A stretch of DNA of 63,814 nucleotides, counting the filler, from Folioceros fuciformis (taxonomy: Eukaryota), in NCBI GenBank assembly GCA_049999805.1. It is 4 parts of 4 records of this genome, joined end to end, with 100 filler letters (N's around TTAATTAATTAA, not from the genome) between each part and the next. Parts side by side here need not be neighbours in the genome. Positions count along the whole stretch, not along the records: positions 1 to 20,703 come from JBNGIO010006337.1; 3 more parts are not named here. One strand, written 5' to 3'. The notes under the pieces are model-generated. The model was not told the DNA's origin, ran no database searches, and saw only the letters and a program-made list of their open reading frames with translations. The position numbers were made by a program, and so were the translations under genes. Below are positions 1 to 12,101 of this stretch, piece by piece (within the stretch, counting starts at the first letter, position 1; each line of letters opens with the position of its first letter).

Positions 1-274
1 GAGAGTATTTTTATTCAATATATTAAGTTTGATATCCTTCTAACTAAAGAGCATTGATCTCATCATATCCATAAGAGAGTATTTTTATTCAATATATTAA
101 GTTTGATATCCTTCTAACTAAGGAACATTGACCTCATCATATCCATAAGAGAGTCTTTTTATTCAATATATTAACTTTAATATCCTTCTAACTAAGGAAC
201 ATTGACCTCATCATATCCATAAGAGCGGAGTTTTATTTAATATATTAAGTTTGATATCCTTCTAACTAAGGAGC
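1..274. repeat. 74-bp AT-rich tandem repeat, about 3.7 copies, truncated by window start
   Basis: Unit GAGAGTATTTTTATTCAATATATTAAGTTTGATATCCTTCTAACTAAGGAACATTGACCTCATCATATCCATAA restarts at 1, 75, 149 and 223. Confidence 0.92.
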
Positions 275-3200
275 CCTATTCTTGCTAAGATGCACATGCT
301 AGATTGGCCTAATTGGCAAATGGTAGTGGAGCATGAATTTGAATGTTAGCTTGGAACTTGCTGCATTACTAAACCCAACAAACTTGTTAAGTTGAGGAAT
401 AATATATATATCTAAGCATTTGGAGGATCTAGATGATTTATAGGATTTAATTCATGTAGATTCTTAGAAGGATAGAGTTTAACACTTGTCTAGTTTGTGC
501 GTGGTTCCCTGTCAGATGAGATAAGCGCTAAGACCTATTAGTTCATGCCTGCCCCTAATTGACAAACTCTAACTCACAACTCATTCAATGGCTTGTCTTA
601 TGAAGCAAAATTGTTAACATTTAACAAGATATGACGATCTCTCAAAGATGCTTACTTCACTACATAGTCAACTTGTGTTATAACTCTATGGATTGTAATA
701 CATGCTTCACATCATGCTACTTATCCTCAAATAGTGGTCCTCCACTCTTAATAAGGAGGAGCTAGCTCTACTCTCTTGGCCCTTATGGCCTTCAACCCCG
801 CAACTAGGATTGGATCTACCTCTCTAGAATAGTACACCTCTCACCTTTGTTCTTGCTCCAACTCGAATTGTGTTGTTGCCACCCAAGGAAGGGGCTGTGA
901 TTAGTTGTAGCAAAGTTGTTGACTTGCGACAATAACCCTTCTAGAGAGAAGCTTCAAGTTGGCATCCCTAGCTATGATGGAACATTGGAGGCTAGCCTAA
1001 GAGAGGTAGGCTTCCACCCCGACCCCTTGGCCTCCTTTGAAGGGAACATCAAAAAGAAAAAAAATCAAGGGACATACAACTCATTGTGTGACCTGTCCAT
1101 ATCAATTATCCACGCATACCCCGGGTTATGCCTTGTACATCCTAGCTGATCAAGTAGAGTGTCACAATAGCTACCATAGCTGGCCATTGTGCGAGAACAA
1201 ACGCGGATTTTCCATACAAGTCCTCGTGAGAAGCTCTATTCTCTCAAACAAGCCCTCCCCGTTGATTTCCTGCAGGCTGTCTTTCCGTGGGAAACTTTAA
1301 GATGCAATTTGGAAGCGAGACCGCCCACAAGCATGGATGGCGTGGATGCAAGCAGGGTGAATCGGACGCGCTTGGGCTGAGTGACCATCGGCCTTGGTTG
1401 AGCTCGTGGTCTGGCCAAATGTGAGCTGCTTGGCTAAGCTCATGGCTTGCCAAGCTACGGGCGCCGTTTGGGCTGGGCCCTCGGCGTACACAGCTGCATG
1501 TCATGGTTGCGAGCATGGCTAAACTGCATGCGTTTGAGCTCTATTTCAAACGCCGCACCTGAATAGCTCGGGATGAATGTGTTTGCTCTTTTCCTTTGTG
1601 AGTGGCCCCGAAGCTGCCTGACCCCTGTGCAAGCTTTCGACTCGTTTTTGATCTCCCACATTCGCTTGTCGCCTTCCTCATTCTCAGGGTGTGGTCCAGC
1701 TAAGCTAGTCCCTCCAACATTCAAAATGATGAAATAATGCTTTTTTGGAGAAGTAAGCGGTAGGGTGGTCAATACAAACTAAACGCAGGTGGTGTCGCGA
1801 TGCGTCGGGCGATCCACTATGATCCCTCGTGGCCCGCCGGTTCCCGATGTGCTCACCGTGCCATCCATACATACCCCGGATGCTCGCATCGGCATGCGGC
1901 ATCGCTTCGCTTAGAAGTGGGAGACGGGCTGAGCACGGCGTGACAGTGTGGCTGGTGTTCATGGCACAGGTGGGACCGATCACAGGTGCAACGAGTGACT
2001 TGCAACTTTTTGCAAGCCGTTGGAGCGTGTTTACGTGTTTGGCCTAAATAAAGCACTGGTTGGTCTTTGCCCTGGCACGGCAGGGGATACGAGCCCGCAA
2101 TTTTATGAGTGATGTAGACCTGGATCGGAGGGTGATGGGCATACGGAAGAGGGGGCAAGGCGATGGAGACGCGGAGAGAGATGGCAGGAGCCGGTTGCAG
2201 GGGGTCCCCTTGGGATTCGAGGGCTCATGTGAGCGTCGTCACCTCTGTACTTGGTACTCGTACCACTTAGAGCCTGGCGGGTCGAACCGAGAGGCCTGAA
2301 GAGGAAAAGGGGGTTCGTGACTAGAGCCGTCCCAGGCTTTGTGCCCCTGTGATCTACTACGTACCTACCCCGGGGGCGGGAGTGTTGTGGTACGACAAAC
2401 AACGATGGGTTGGGTCCTTTTTGTCCCCTTTCCAGACGTGGCCCATTTCCTCCAACCCTTAAAACCCACCCTTAAAACCCAGGGGGCTGGGGCTAGGTTG
2501 GCTGGGCATTCTGCACTAGTCTATTGGAGCAAACTGTTCCTTCATCCAAGCCGCCCCAGTTTCCACGAATCCTGCTCCTTCACTGGCTGTCAAAGGATGG
2601 TCGTGCTACTTGTAGGCTTAGCTGTGCTCAATCTTCAGCGAAATTTGAAAGTAAACCGACCGGTGCCCGAAGACTTCTCTAAAAGCCATTGTACTATACA
2701 TACAAGACCCCCTGGACTCCACGGGCTGACTAAAGCCTGGAGACTTGGTTGCGGAAGTGGCAAGATTCGTCCGGATGATTTCAGTCTTTTGGCCATTGAC
2801 AAGAAGGGTACTTACTGCATGTATTGAATTCGTGTGGCCGCCGCGGGTAGGACGGCTGCAACATCGAATACCTGTACAGAGGCTGCTGGTTCCGACAGGT
2901 AAAGAGTTGACAAATGTGCAACCAGCGGGCGCGGTCTCCTACTGCCGGACGCACGGACATTATCTAAAGTCCGTTGGAGGCCGAACTGGGCTGCGCAGAT
3001 TTAGACAAAGTAGGTGACTTTGTGGGCCAAATGCATAGCAGCCGATTCGGGGGATGGCAATTGAGAGTCAAGCGCGGAATAGCAAAGCAATTTCGAGTTC
3101 GCCTTTTTTAGTAGCGTGTGGCCAGTGGCGTTGACAGACCGACGAAGCGCCAGGCAACAATGGCGTCTCACAACCGACAGGTCTCTGACAGATGACCAGC

Positions 3201-3619
3201 AAGGAAAGTAGCTGCCAGGGTGCCGAGGGTTTGTGGGCAGCTTCGCCCCGAACCGTGTTGAACCAATCCGACTGGTGAAGTTGGCGACTGGTGAAGTTGC
3301 CTAGCCAGAGGGGTTGGGAGCTCTATAAGGCGGGACTCTGTGGCCCGATTCCAGCACCTCACATGTCTGCAGCTCAACACCACCATAGCACACCACGAGC
3401 TGTACTGTGCTCTGACACCCACAATCGTCTTCCTCCGCATTCCAGGCTCCCAGCTGTCCGACACCAACACCGCGCCCGACCCCGATACCATCGCCACCCA
3501 CACAATTGCTACTGGTGTATCCAAATTGAGCGCCAGGCAGCTGCTGGATCTGGACTCCAATTCGACGATACTGGGGTCCAGCACCCAGAAGGCCCGCAGT
3601 TCCGGGTTCTGCTGCAGCG

Positions 3620-3985
3620 ATGGCGTCCAAAGCTCTTCACTTGGGCCGCGCGCGGGCACTCTTCTTCTGGTCGCTTCTGATGGTCGCATTTTCCGCAAAC
3701 TCTGCTCTAGGCGCTAGGAGGTCGGCCACCTTCAACAGCACGCCGGCACCAGCACCCTCTGAGGAGGGTACGCTGGCAGAATTCGAGGACGAGCGTGTGC
3801 AACTGGTGGGAGGGATTGAGTTCGGGACTGCGGACGCCCCAGCAGAGGACTTCGGACACCGCCCTCCTCCGGCCCCTGGCTCGGACCAATTCCTGGAGTC
3901 TCGAGGAAGTCTGAGGTTGCCTCCCGGTCTGCAGCGACGAGAGCTGCATTGCATAACCTCGATACCCGGGGGTTGCCCTCCTTGA
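3620..3985 (+). CDS. Small secreted peptide precursor (121 aa): signal peptide, acidic/Pro-rich prodomain, RREL site, C-terminal HCITSIPGGCPP
   Basis: ATG-initiated intronless ORF with hydrophobic N-terminus ending SALG; shares colinear motif blocks with the ORF at 5670-6065; TATAA at 3324-3328 upstream. Confidence 0.8.
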   Translation: MASKALHLGRARALFFWSLLMVAFSANSALGARRSATFNSTPAPAPSEEGTLAEFEDERVQLVGGIEFGTADAPAEDFGHRPPPAPGSDQFLESRGSLRLPPGLQRRELHCITSIPGGCPP

Positions 3986-5669
3986 AACTGCTACAATTGT
4001 CCTACAAGGATGGTATTTGCAGAGCGAACAGTGGGACATTTTCTTCGACTTCGTCTTCGTGTTCTTCGCCGCCCGCTGGGAGCTGAAGAGTAATTGCGAC
4101 CGGGCATCGGTATGTTTTTGCACTGTGAGCTTCCTTGCTGACTGGTGGCCACCAGTCGAACTGGGCTTGGCCTGGGCTACATTTATTCACTGCGAGATTC
4201 TCCAAGCTCAATTCTATTCGACAAAAAGGCCGAGACGAGCATCTGAAGAGAAAGTCCTGCAGGGTGCCAAGAACGGTTTCCCCTCTGACCACCAACTGCC
4301 GGGGGCACACCTCGGGTGCATCCCTCGCATGTGGACTACTCCCCCGGAGCTGACTCCGAGCCCGGAGTTGGAGATGGACAGGAGCATCCGACCCCTCCTA
4401 CTTACTAGGCATCTCTCATCATAAGCTAGGAAATGATGTGTAAAAATTCCCGATTTTGAAAGTGCACATTGCACATTGCGGAGTCTCAGGTTGCCTTACT
4501 AAGACGTAGGGTTCCCCTACTAAAATCTGAAAGATGAATTTTGCCGCTCCTCACAGCCGCTCGATCCCCATCCTGATGAAAACCGCGGGCCGAGACTTGG
4601 TCCGCACCCCAGGCAACATACACTGCCAGGTCTCTCTGGATACGCTTGGTCAATGCTTGTAAACGGACAGCGCCCTTAATTTAATGCCAGGACCACGACG
4701 ACTCCTCGCGCACGTCGGTTTGGTCAAGCGGTGATGTCACATAGGTCGTCACGTAGGATTTCCTGGCAGGTTGTCAATGGCCATTCCTTGAAGACGTCAA
4801 CGTGGCCCCTGCGCAGGTCCCTGCCCCTGCTCAGCTGTTTTTACCACATTAGACGATTTACGCTCCTGGCTGCGGTGGCTTGCAACTTGTGTAGCTAGAT
4901 CACAGTCTGAAAGGCGTTCACCGGGGTACTGCGTGTGCACGCTTTGACAGTATTCTCTGACAAGTGCACGATACAATTTCTGGCAGCCTCTCCTATCCTC
5001 CATTGGACTTTGGCGGCCAGGCTTCGCTTGGACGCTAGAGGGTAGCTGGTTTTCTTGCAAGCTTCATTTTTTCGTCAGGAATGGTTTGCATAATGTGTGT
5101 GTGCACTCTACCGTGTGCTCTTGACAGTGGGCCAGATGCATACTTTAAGGTTGACGTATCTTGATGGTTCACCGACCACTTGCAAAAGTTTAATCAGAGA
5201 CTCCAATCCGCTGTCAGAGATAGCCATTTCCATGACAACAAGTGTGCTGCACTGGCACTGGGTCACATGCCTTGTGCTTTTTAGTATAGGATTTGTGTGT
5301 GACGGTGTAACTGTAAACTGTGGTTTTTGCCCACTACTGCCACTGCACTGACCACTGTTAAACAATGAAAATCAAGGACGATTTTGTGCAGGTTTTGGAT
5401 TTCATTGATCTCTACAGCCATGCACGATTTTGTGCAGGTTCTGCTGCTCCATGCGAGCGGTGAGTCATACATGAATGTCCTAGAGGACCTAGTACAAGTA
5501 GCCAATGCGGCTCTTAACAAATTCCTAACCAAAAATCTTAGAAGTGCGTTGTTTGGCACTTTGAAGTTGGACGGACGTCAGTTGCAGATCGATCCGCCCT
5601 GTCGGGAATGCCGGCCCGAGCATACGGGCTTTCCCAACAGATAGAGCAGACGGGACCAGAAAAATTCAG

Positions 5670-6065
5670 TCAGGGGGAGCAGCCACCGGGTATTGAGGTC
5701 ACGCACAGCATCCTTCGCACATCAACATCGGGCGCCATTCTAGGACCTGGGGCCGGTGGGGCACCCTCCAACGCGAATCCACCATTGATCTCCGGAACAA
5801 AACTGCTTGCATCTGTGTCCGTGTCCGAGTCTCTGTCCATGTCTTCGTCTGCATCTTCCTCGGCTATTCCGAATCGGATTCCAGCTGGTACCATTGCAAT
5901 ACCAACGTCTTCGAAATGGTGCGCGTCGGGGCAGCCTATGGCCGGCGCCGCAGCGGGCGGACTATCATTGAAAGTGGTGGATTTTCTGATGGCCAGAACA
6001 CTCTCACTGGACATGGCAACGAGAAGAAGAAGCGTGACAACGGCCGGCAAAATTGAAGAAGCCAT
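5670..6065 (-). CDS. Small secreted peptide precursor (131 aa), paralog of 3620-3985: signal peptide, acidic prodomain, RRML site, C-terminal CVTSIPGGCSP
   Basis: MASSILPAVVTLLLLVAMSSESVLA signal peptide; shared motifs RxSxTFN, FED, GIxFG, PPAPG, RRxL and C-x-TSIPGGC-x-P-stop. Confidence 0.85.
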   Translation of the reverse strand: MASSILPAVVTLLLLVAMSSESVLAIRKSTTFNDSPPAAAPAIGCPDAHHFEDVGIAMVPAGIRFGIAEEDADEDMDRDSDTDTDASSFVPEINGGFALEGAPPAPGPRMAPDVDVRRMLCVTSIPGGCSP

Positions 6066-6333
6066 CCTGAAATTGCAGCTTCTTGGTCTGTTTCAACCTG
6101 ACACAGACGATGTCTTAGCAAGGCTGACGGGCTGTGGGCACTTGACAAATTGCTCCCTGCTCCCTGCTCCCTGCTCCTCCTTGCTTCCTGGGCACGAACA
6201 ATGGCCACTGAGCAAGTTGTTGCTTGCTGGGCAGTGGGTACTGGCAGTGCTGCTACCTCGTCTGGGGGATTGTCGCTCAGGACTGGCGTTGAGGAGGAAG
6301 GTATGATGTCAGTGAAGAAGTAGCAGAGCTCAA

Positions 6334-6339
6334 TTTATA
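6334..6339 (-). promoter_or_regulatory. Candidate TATA box of the minus-strand peptide gene
   Basis: TATAAA on the minus strand about 270 bp upstream of the ATG at 6065; position only. Confidence 0.35.
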
Positions 6340-7064
6340 CACTGCGGACAAGTTCGGGAAGGGAATTTCTGGAGTGCATTCAACACGGTTACAGAGGAAG
6401 CTGCTTCCTTCAGTGTCCTGTTTCAGCCAACTACCTTGCTTGTAAAGGCTGTCCTTGTATCTGTCGCATGTGGCCCGAAGATGTATCCTCTGAACGAGAC
6501 CGCGGAGCGCAATTCTTTTTTTTTTTGGAGAAGGAGTCAAATCCTGTTCAGTGGATACGAACTGGGAAGCATTCATATTTTAGTGTTCGGACCAATCATT
6601 TCATGGCAGCTCTCATGCCTGCAAGTTCGTACTTGGAAGGTGGACAGGTGCGTGGTAATCTCATGCCGCGCAGTTGTAGTCTGATTCTTGTCATGACTAA
6701 CAAAACATGCAAAATACCGTTAACGCCGGTCAAGGCCACAACGGCAAGAACACGGTACCGGACTTTGACTACTTGACAATCAAAATGCCAGCCAGATTAT
6801 GATAGTCTCGCTCCGGATAACCACGTTTAGTGCATCGTTCCCGGTAGTTAAATTGACAAACGTTTACCTTGTACCGTTAAAGACAAGTCCACACTTTTGC
6901 GCCTTTCTGCGGCTACAAAGTAATACACGTGTAACATAGGTGGTAGCTTTGAAATATCACACTGGTTAAAGTATTTTTTCACACTGGTTAAAGTATTTTA
7001 CGTTAATCCAGCTAGTTTTCTTAGTGCTTAAGATGTATATGGACCATATTAGTACAAGCTTACA

Positions 7065-10000
7065 TTTTTTTTCTTTTTTCGTGAAAAAATTCTGATTAAA
7101 TTGGAAAATACCTCCCACTACAATACAAAGGGAAAGTCCTACTAACGTATGTACCAAAATCAAGCACCATAGGAGAGGGGGAGCACTGGCCTTGAGTCCA
7201 AGACTTAAGACAAGGTGCTCAGAGAGCGCTCCCCTACACTATGATACCCTCCAACTGCCTAAGCCACTTATACTCACCCTCAAGGTCTCCCACGAACTTT
7301 AAGACTCATCGTTCCCAGGGGTATGAATAATTCCACCGCGTATCTTTCCCAGACGCTAGGAATCCCGCCATCCTCCAGTCTTTCCGCTTAAACTGCTTCC
7401 GATGGGATTGCTCGCATATGCGCCACATCAAAGCTTTCGATGAAGCTGAATCTTGTCCTCCATAGACCACCGCAGACCAGTTGACCCAAAGATGGAAAAG
7501 GCAAGAAGACCACAGTAAGCCCCACCATTGTGTTTTAAGGAGAGGTTTGCCCGAGGTTGCGTCCAGCCCAAATAAGGCTGATTGTGACATGATCTTGAGG
7601 TTAGCACCAGGAAAAATCAAACAGAGCCACCTGCCAACCTCCCTCCAAATCTCTTGGGCAAAGCTGCAATGATAGAACATGTGTTGGCTCTTGTTCGGGG
7701 CCCCAGCGGTGCACAGTCGACACACATCCTCCCCCATCGCAGCTAAAAGCCCATCCCACCAATTCACATTAGGCAAGCACGCTTGAAAAAAACACCAAAC
7801 TGTAGACCTGACCTTGGGGGGGATTCCTACGGACTTCCATAGAAGTTTGATGGCTTCCCTTTGTCGCCGTCTAGCGAGTTGCAATCGGGGAGCCATTGGC
7901 TGTTGTTGCTTGATTTTCTGCGCTTGCACTAACCAAAGGAACAAGTTCGCCGTAGGGAAGTTGAAGAAAGATCGAGGGATAGCCTTCTTGCACCCTGGAC
8001 GCCTAGGCCATTTATAGAGATTTGGTCTGAAGGTCAGAGTCCAATTCTCGCCCAGTCAGAACCAGCACTAAACCTTTGCTTTATCGGAAGGTAGTGGCCC
8101 AATTGGGTGTTCGCCTGGGATGCACCATCGCCCTACCCACACGGACTTGACGAGGATAGTGATAGCCCGCAATTCCCCTCCTCGGGCTTCCCCGTCATCC
8201 CTGCCTTGTTCTTCCAAAAATCCATCAAGCGACAAGACCTTGAATGACTGCAACGTCCCTTTGTCATCCGTTCTCTCGAGCCAAACCGCTCTACCTAGTT
8301 CTAATGCTTCCACTTGATCGTCCTCCTCCTCCGAGTCGACTCCCCTACTATCCATGGAGTATGCATACCACCCTTCACTTCCTATGGTAGGCTGTTGCCT
8401 TAAGAACTGTTGCACCTTTTCCTCTAGCCCCTCATGCATCCACGAGAAAATGAGTCTGACGTGCCGGGTCCCTAAGCCAAACTCCCCTTTGACCTCCTCT
8501 ATCTCCTTCTAACGAGCCTCTGACTTGTTCCACAGATGACCAAGCTGGATAACGCCTTTCCGACAAGCCAACCCAAAAATTTGTGACCAATAAACCCTTG
8601 ACATGAACTCCTGCACCCACAACCTCGAGAATCCCTGTAAAGGAATACCAAGAACATCATCCGCACAAGAAAAGTCGCCCGGGATAATGTATTGTTTAAC
8701 CTCCAGGTAACTGCTCCAGATGGAATTGAAGAGTGGGGAGCATTCTGCAGTGTCGAGAATCGGTTTGTCAGCCAGAATGTTGTCGGTATATCTCCTTCCC
8801 CTGGGAATAGCTTGGGTGCAGTCCAGGTGGTGTGTTAGCAGACTCTTCCAAGGATAGTACGCCGGATTAGCTGCCCTGACAACCCACTGAGCATGCAACA
8901 CTTTCATCTTGGCAACCAGGTCGACCACCTCGAGCCCCCCCAAACCACGCGCCTGAATAATATGCTGCCAAGCTACTTTAGAGCACCCAGCCGTACTGTC
9001 CCTGAATGCTTCCACAGGAAAGAGGTCAGCACCTGTTGTAGGCGCTTCGCTTCTATCTTGGAAGGGGCCCATAAAAAAAAATAATACCATAAAGAGGCAA
9101 TAAGGATATGATTAATCACCACTAGCCTACCTGCTAGGTTAAGCTCCAGCAACTGTAGACTAGCCGCTTTGCGAATGAACCTGAGGCAGACGTACTTCCC
9201 AATTTCCCCATTCTCATCCCCCTCTTGGAAGGGAAGCCCCAAATACTTGTGGGTAGAACCCAGAGTCACTCGCCTGATGTGATTAATACAGTGAGGAAGC
9301 TCCCCGTCCATGTGAAGACACATCATGCGCGTCTTGCTCCAATTCACCTTGTAGCCCGATAGTTCACCAAAGACCTTGACCTGTTGGAACAACGCTTTCA
9401 ATGAAGCCTCCTCAGCCAAAGAGAAGAGGAGAGTATCATCTGCGAATGCAGAGACCCTTAGTTGCGTTCCATCTGGGTTCCGTATACCCACCACTACCGG
9501 GTTTTGCTTGATTGCTCTAAGAAAGAAGTCAGTGACGATGATAAATAAGAACGGAGCGAGGGGGCAACCTTGACGTACCGACCAAGAGATGCCAAAGCGC
9601 TGTGTAAAAGACCCATTAACAGCCACCTTGGCTCCTGCGTCTTCACACAAAATGGCTATCCATCTGCAGAAATTGTTCCCAAACTCGAAGCTACGCAGAA
9701 ACCGCCACAGGAAATGCCACTCAACAGAATCATAAGCCTTGTAAAAGTCAAGGGAAATGAAAACAACGACTTTCTTCTGTACCTGAGTGTTGTACTTAGC
9801 TTCCCTCAGGAGTAGTAGGTTATCCAAAATGCACCTATTTTGAATGAACCCTCGCTGCTCTTTCTCAATCTAATCATCAAGAAAGGGTGTAATTCGGTTA
9901 GCCAGTACCTTAGCAATCACTTTGTACCTGGTAGTAAGCAAGGTAATCGGGCGCCAATTGGAGATTGATAAGCTGGCGTCTTGCTTAGGGAGTAGGGAGA

Positions 10001-11372
10001 TAACCCCCATATTGAACCAGCTCCCCATGCTACCTTCTTCCCAAAACATACTAACCGCTTCCATGAATAACGGATGCATAAATTCCCACCCCCACAGCAA
10101 GAACTCGGGAGGAATACCATCATGTCCCGGGGATTTATCCCTCGGCATCCCCTTCAGGGCCTGGAACACCTCGTCAGCTGTTATCGGCTTATCCAGAGCC
10201 CTACACTAGTCATCAGACACTTTGGCCGAAAGCACACCATATGAAGAAGACCAAAGTCGTTCCCACCCTGCCACCTTCCCAACACTGGAAAAAATGCCAA
10301 CAAAGAAGAGGGTAATAAGAGTTTTTAAACCTTCGAGCGATTCTTGCACCACGCCTCGCGCGTCTGGGAGGGCAGGATTGCGCGTTCGATGCCGGTTAGA
10401 GGCCACCTTATTGAAGAAGAATTTAGAGGGGTTGTCCCCCTCCCTCACCCACTTGACTTTGGCCCGCTTGAACCAACCTCTGGCCCTGTCTTCCTCCAAC
10501 TTGGCCAAAGCGCACTGCACCTCTATTTTCTTGGCCTCTTCCGCACTTGTGAGATCCTAGTCCTCATAGCTCCTATGTAACCAGCATAGTTCCTCCCTCA
10601 AAAAACATTCTTGCTGGCGTTGTTCTCGTGCACGTTGAACCCCTAGCCTCCTCAAACACCTAGTCGCCTCATTGTTAGCACACATGACCACCGCATTTTC
10701 TTCCCCCTGTTCAACTCCCTCCCAGATGTTTTTGATATCTTCAAGGACACCTTTTTCCTTCAATAAGGATGTGTTCATCCAAAAATTTTGCATATGCCTC
10801 CTTGGGCGCTCACCTTCCGGAGCAAGCCCCAAGTGCAAGCTAATGGGGGGGTGGTCGGATAGAATCGTACTAGCAAGAATACTGTACGACTGTACGAAGG
10901 CCAATCGCCCTGAAGGTAAATAAAACCTATCCAACCTGTGCGCTCCCAAATTCTGTTGTTGTAGATTGGACCAGCTGAACATCAAGGAGTGTGGTTGGCG
11001 ATGGGCCGGGAGGGCCACCCAAGGATCTTGCACAGCCAGGACCGTGTCTCTCAGCTCCTGCCAAGACAAAGGCACTGCTCGTAAATCTACTAGGCTATCC
11101 CCTCGAATGTCCTCACGGCGTTCAACAAAGTTGAAGTCGCCAACCAGAATCCACGGGATCTGCTCATCAAGCTGATCCCGCAGCCTACACCACATGATAC
11201 TCCTGTCAATGGCAGCATTAGGCGCATAAATATTGCAGATTACAACTAGACCTTGAGGAGTTTGCAGCACCAACCACACAAACCTCCCCTGCTCATCTTG
11301 CCCCGACTCCAGGATGTTGTGGGTTTGCTTTGGGTGGACTGTAATGGACACGCCACCGCGGGTCGCTGAAAC
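7065..11372 (-). mobile_element. L1/Tx1-type LINE, 5'-truncated, degenerate ORF2 (APE endonuclease, RT, C-terminal zinc finger) with A-rich tail
   Basis: APE motifs NIYAPN, GDFN, RLDRFY, SDHPPI (10557-11351); RT motifs KSPGHDG, NWRPITLL, LDFYKAYD, VRQGCPLAP, FADD, KYLG (8973-10169); CRLC...HMFYHC (7306-7944); T-run at 7065-7079; several stops and frameshifts. Confidence 0.93.
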
Positions 11373-12101
11373 TCATTGAGAAGACCTCTCTCCATCTCTT
11401 GGATCCTCTGCTCTAGTTGCTGCCCATTCTGTTTGACTAGGAAACAAGAGATTCATGACAGCAATGGGCTTGGGCATCCTAGCCTCAGACACTGACTTGG
11501 GCTGCGCCAGATTATCCTTTGTTTTGAGGTTAAGGGACAATCTTTGAAGCCTTACAGACTTGCGAACAACGAGAGCAATCCTCCTGTCCTGGCCATCTAA
11601 AAGCCCCTCGACTTCACCCACTGCCACGTCTGGACTCCATATCCTGCCTTTTGCCCAAGGCACATCCAAGGACCACCTCCACTCTGGGGTAAGTGGCATA
11701 TTGGGTCCAAAACCTTGTTTTAGCCGTAGGTCAGCAAAAAGTTGACCATCCCTCTAGTATATACCACTGAAGAATTCCACCTCCTTTCCTTCCTTACCAA
11801 CTGGAACCCCTCTGGCTGACAAGAATTCAAATATCCTTTCCTGCCCTGTATGCAACTGGTGCAGTGTAATGATAAGGGATAACTGCTCCCTCCCAGGGGG
11901 CCTCTTGTCATAACCAGGAAAGAATAAAGGTCGTTAACCTTTCTCGTAACCATTAGGTTAATCTCAAACTGTCTGCCTTTCCCCCTTGTTGTACCTTCCG
12001 CCTTCTTGATCTCTTGGCCACTCAGCAAAAAAGATACCTCCTGCACTGGAGGAGGATGCTCATCCTGTGCCTCCTTAACCTGCATTGGGGCCTTTTCCAA
12101 G

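Noticed and set aside
1-274. Regularly spaced repeats as a possible CRISPR array
   Set aside because: Units are contiguous tandem copies with no spacers
1685-2510. Imperfect inverted ends (CCAGCTAAGCTAGTCCC / GGGCTAGGTTGGCTGG) suggesting a MITE
   Set aside because: Match is short and degenerate and no target-site duplication is evident
5608-6306. 232-aa plus-strand ORF, and overlapping ORFs at 3168-3954
   Set aside because: Antisense or alternate-frame shadows of the peptide precursor genes, whose frames are supported by paralog conservation
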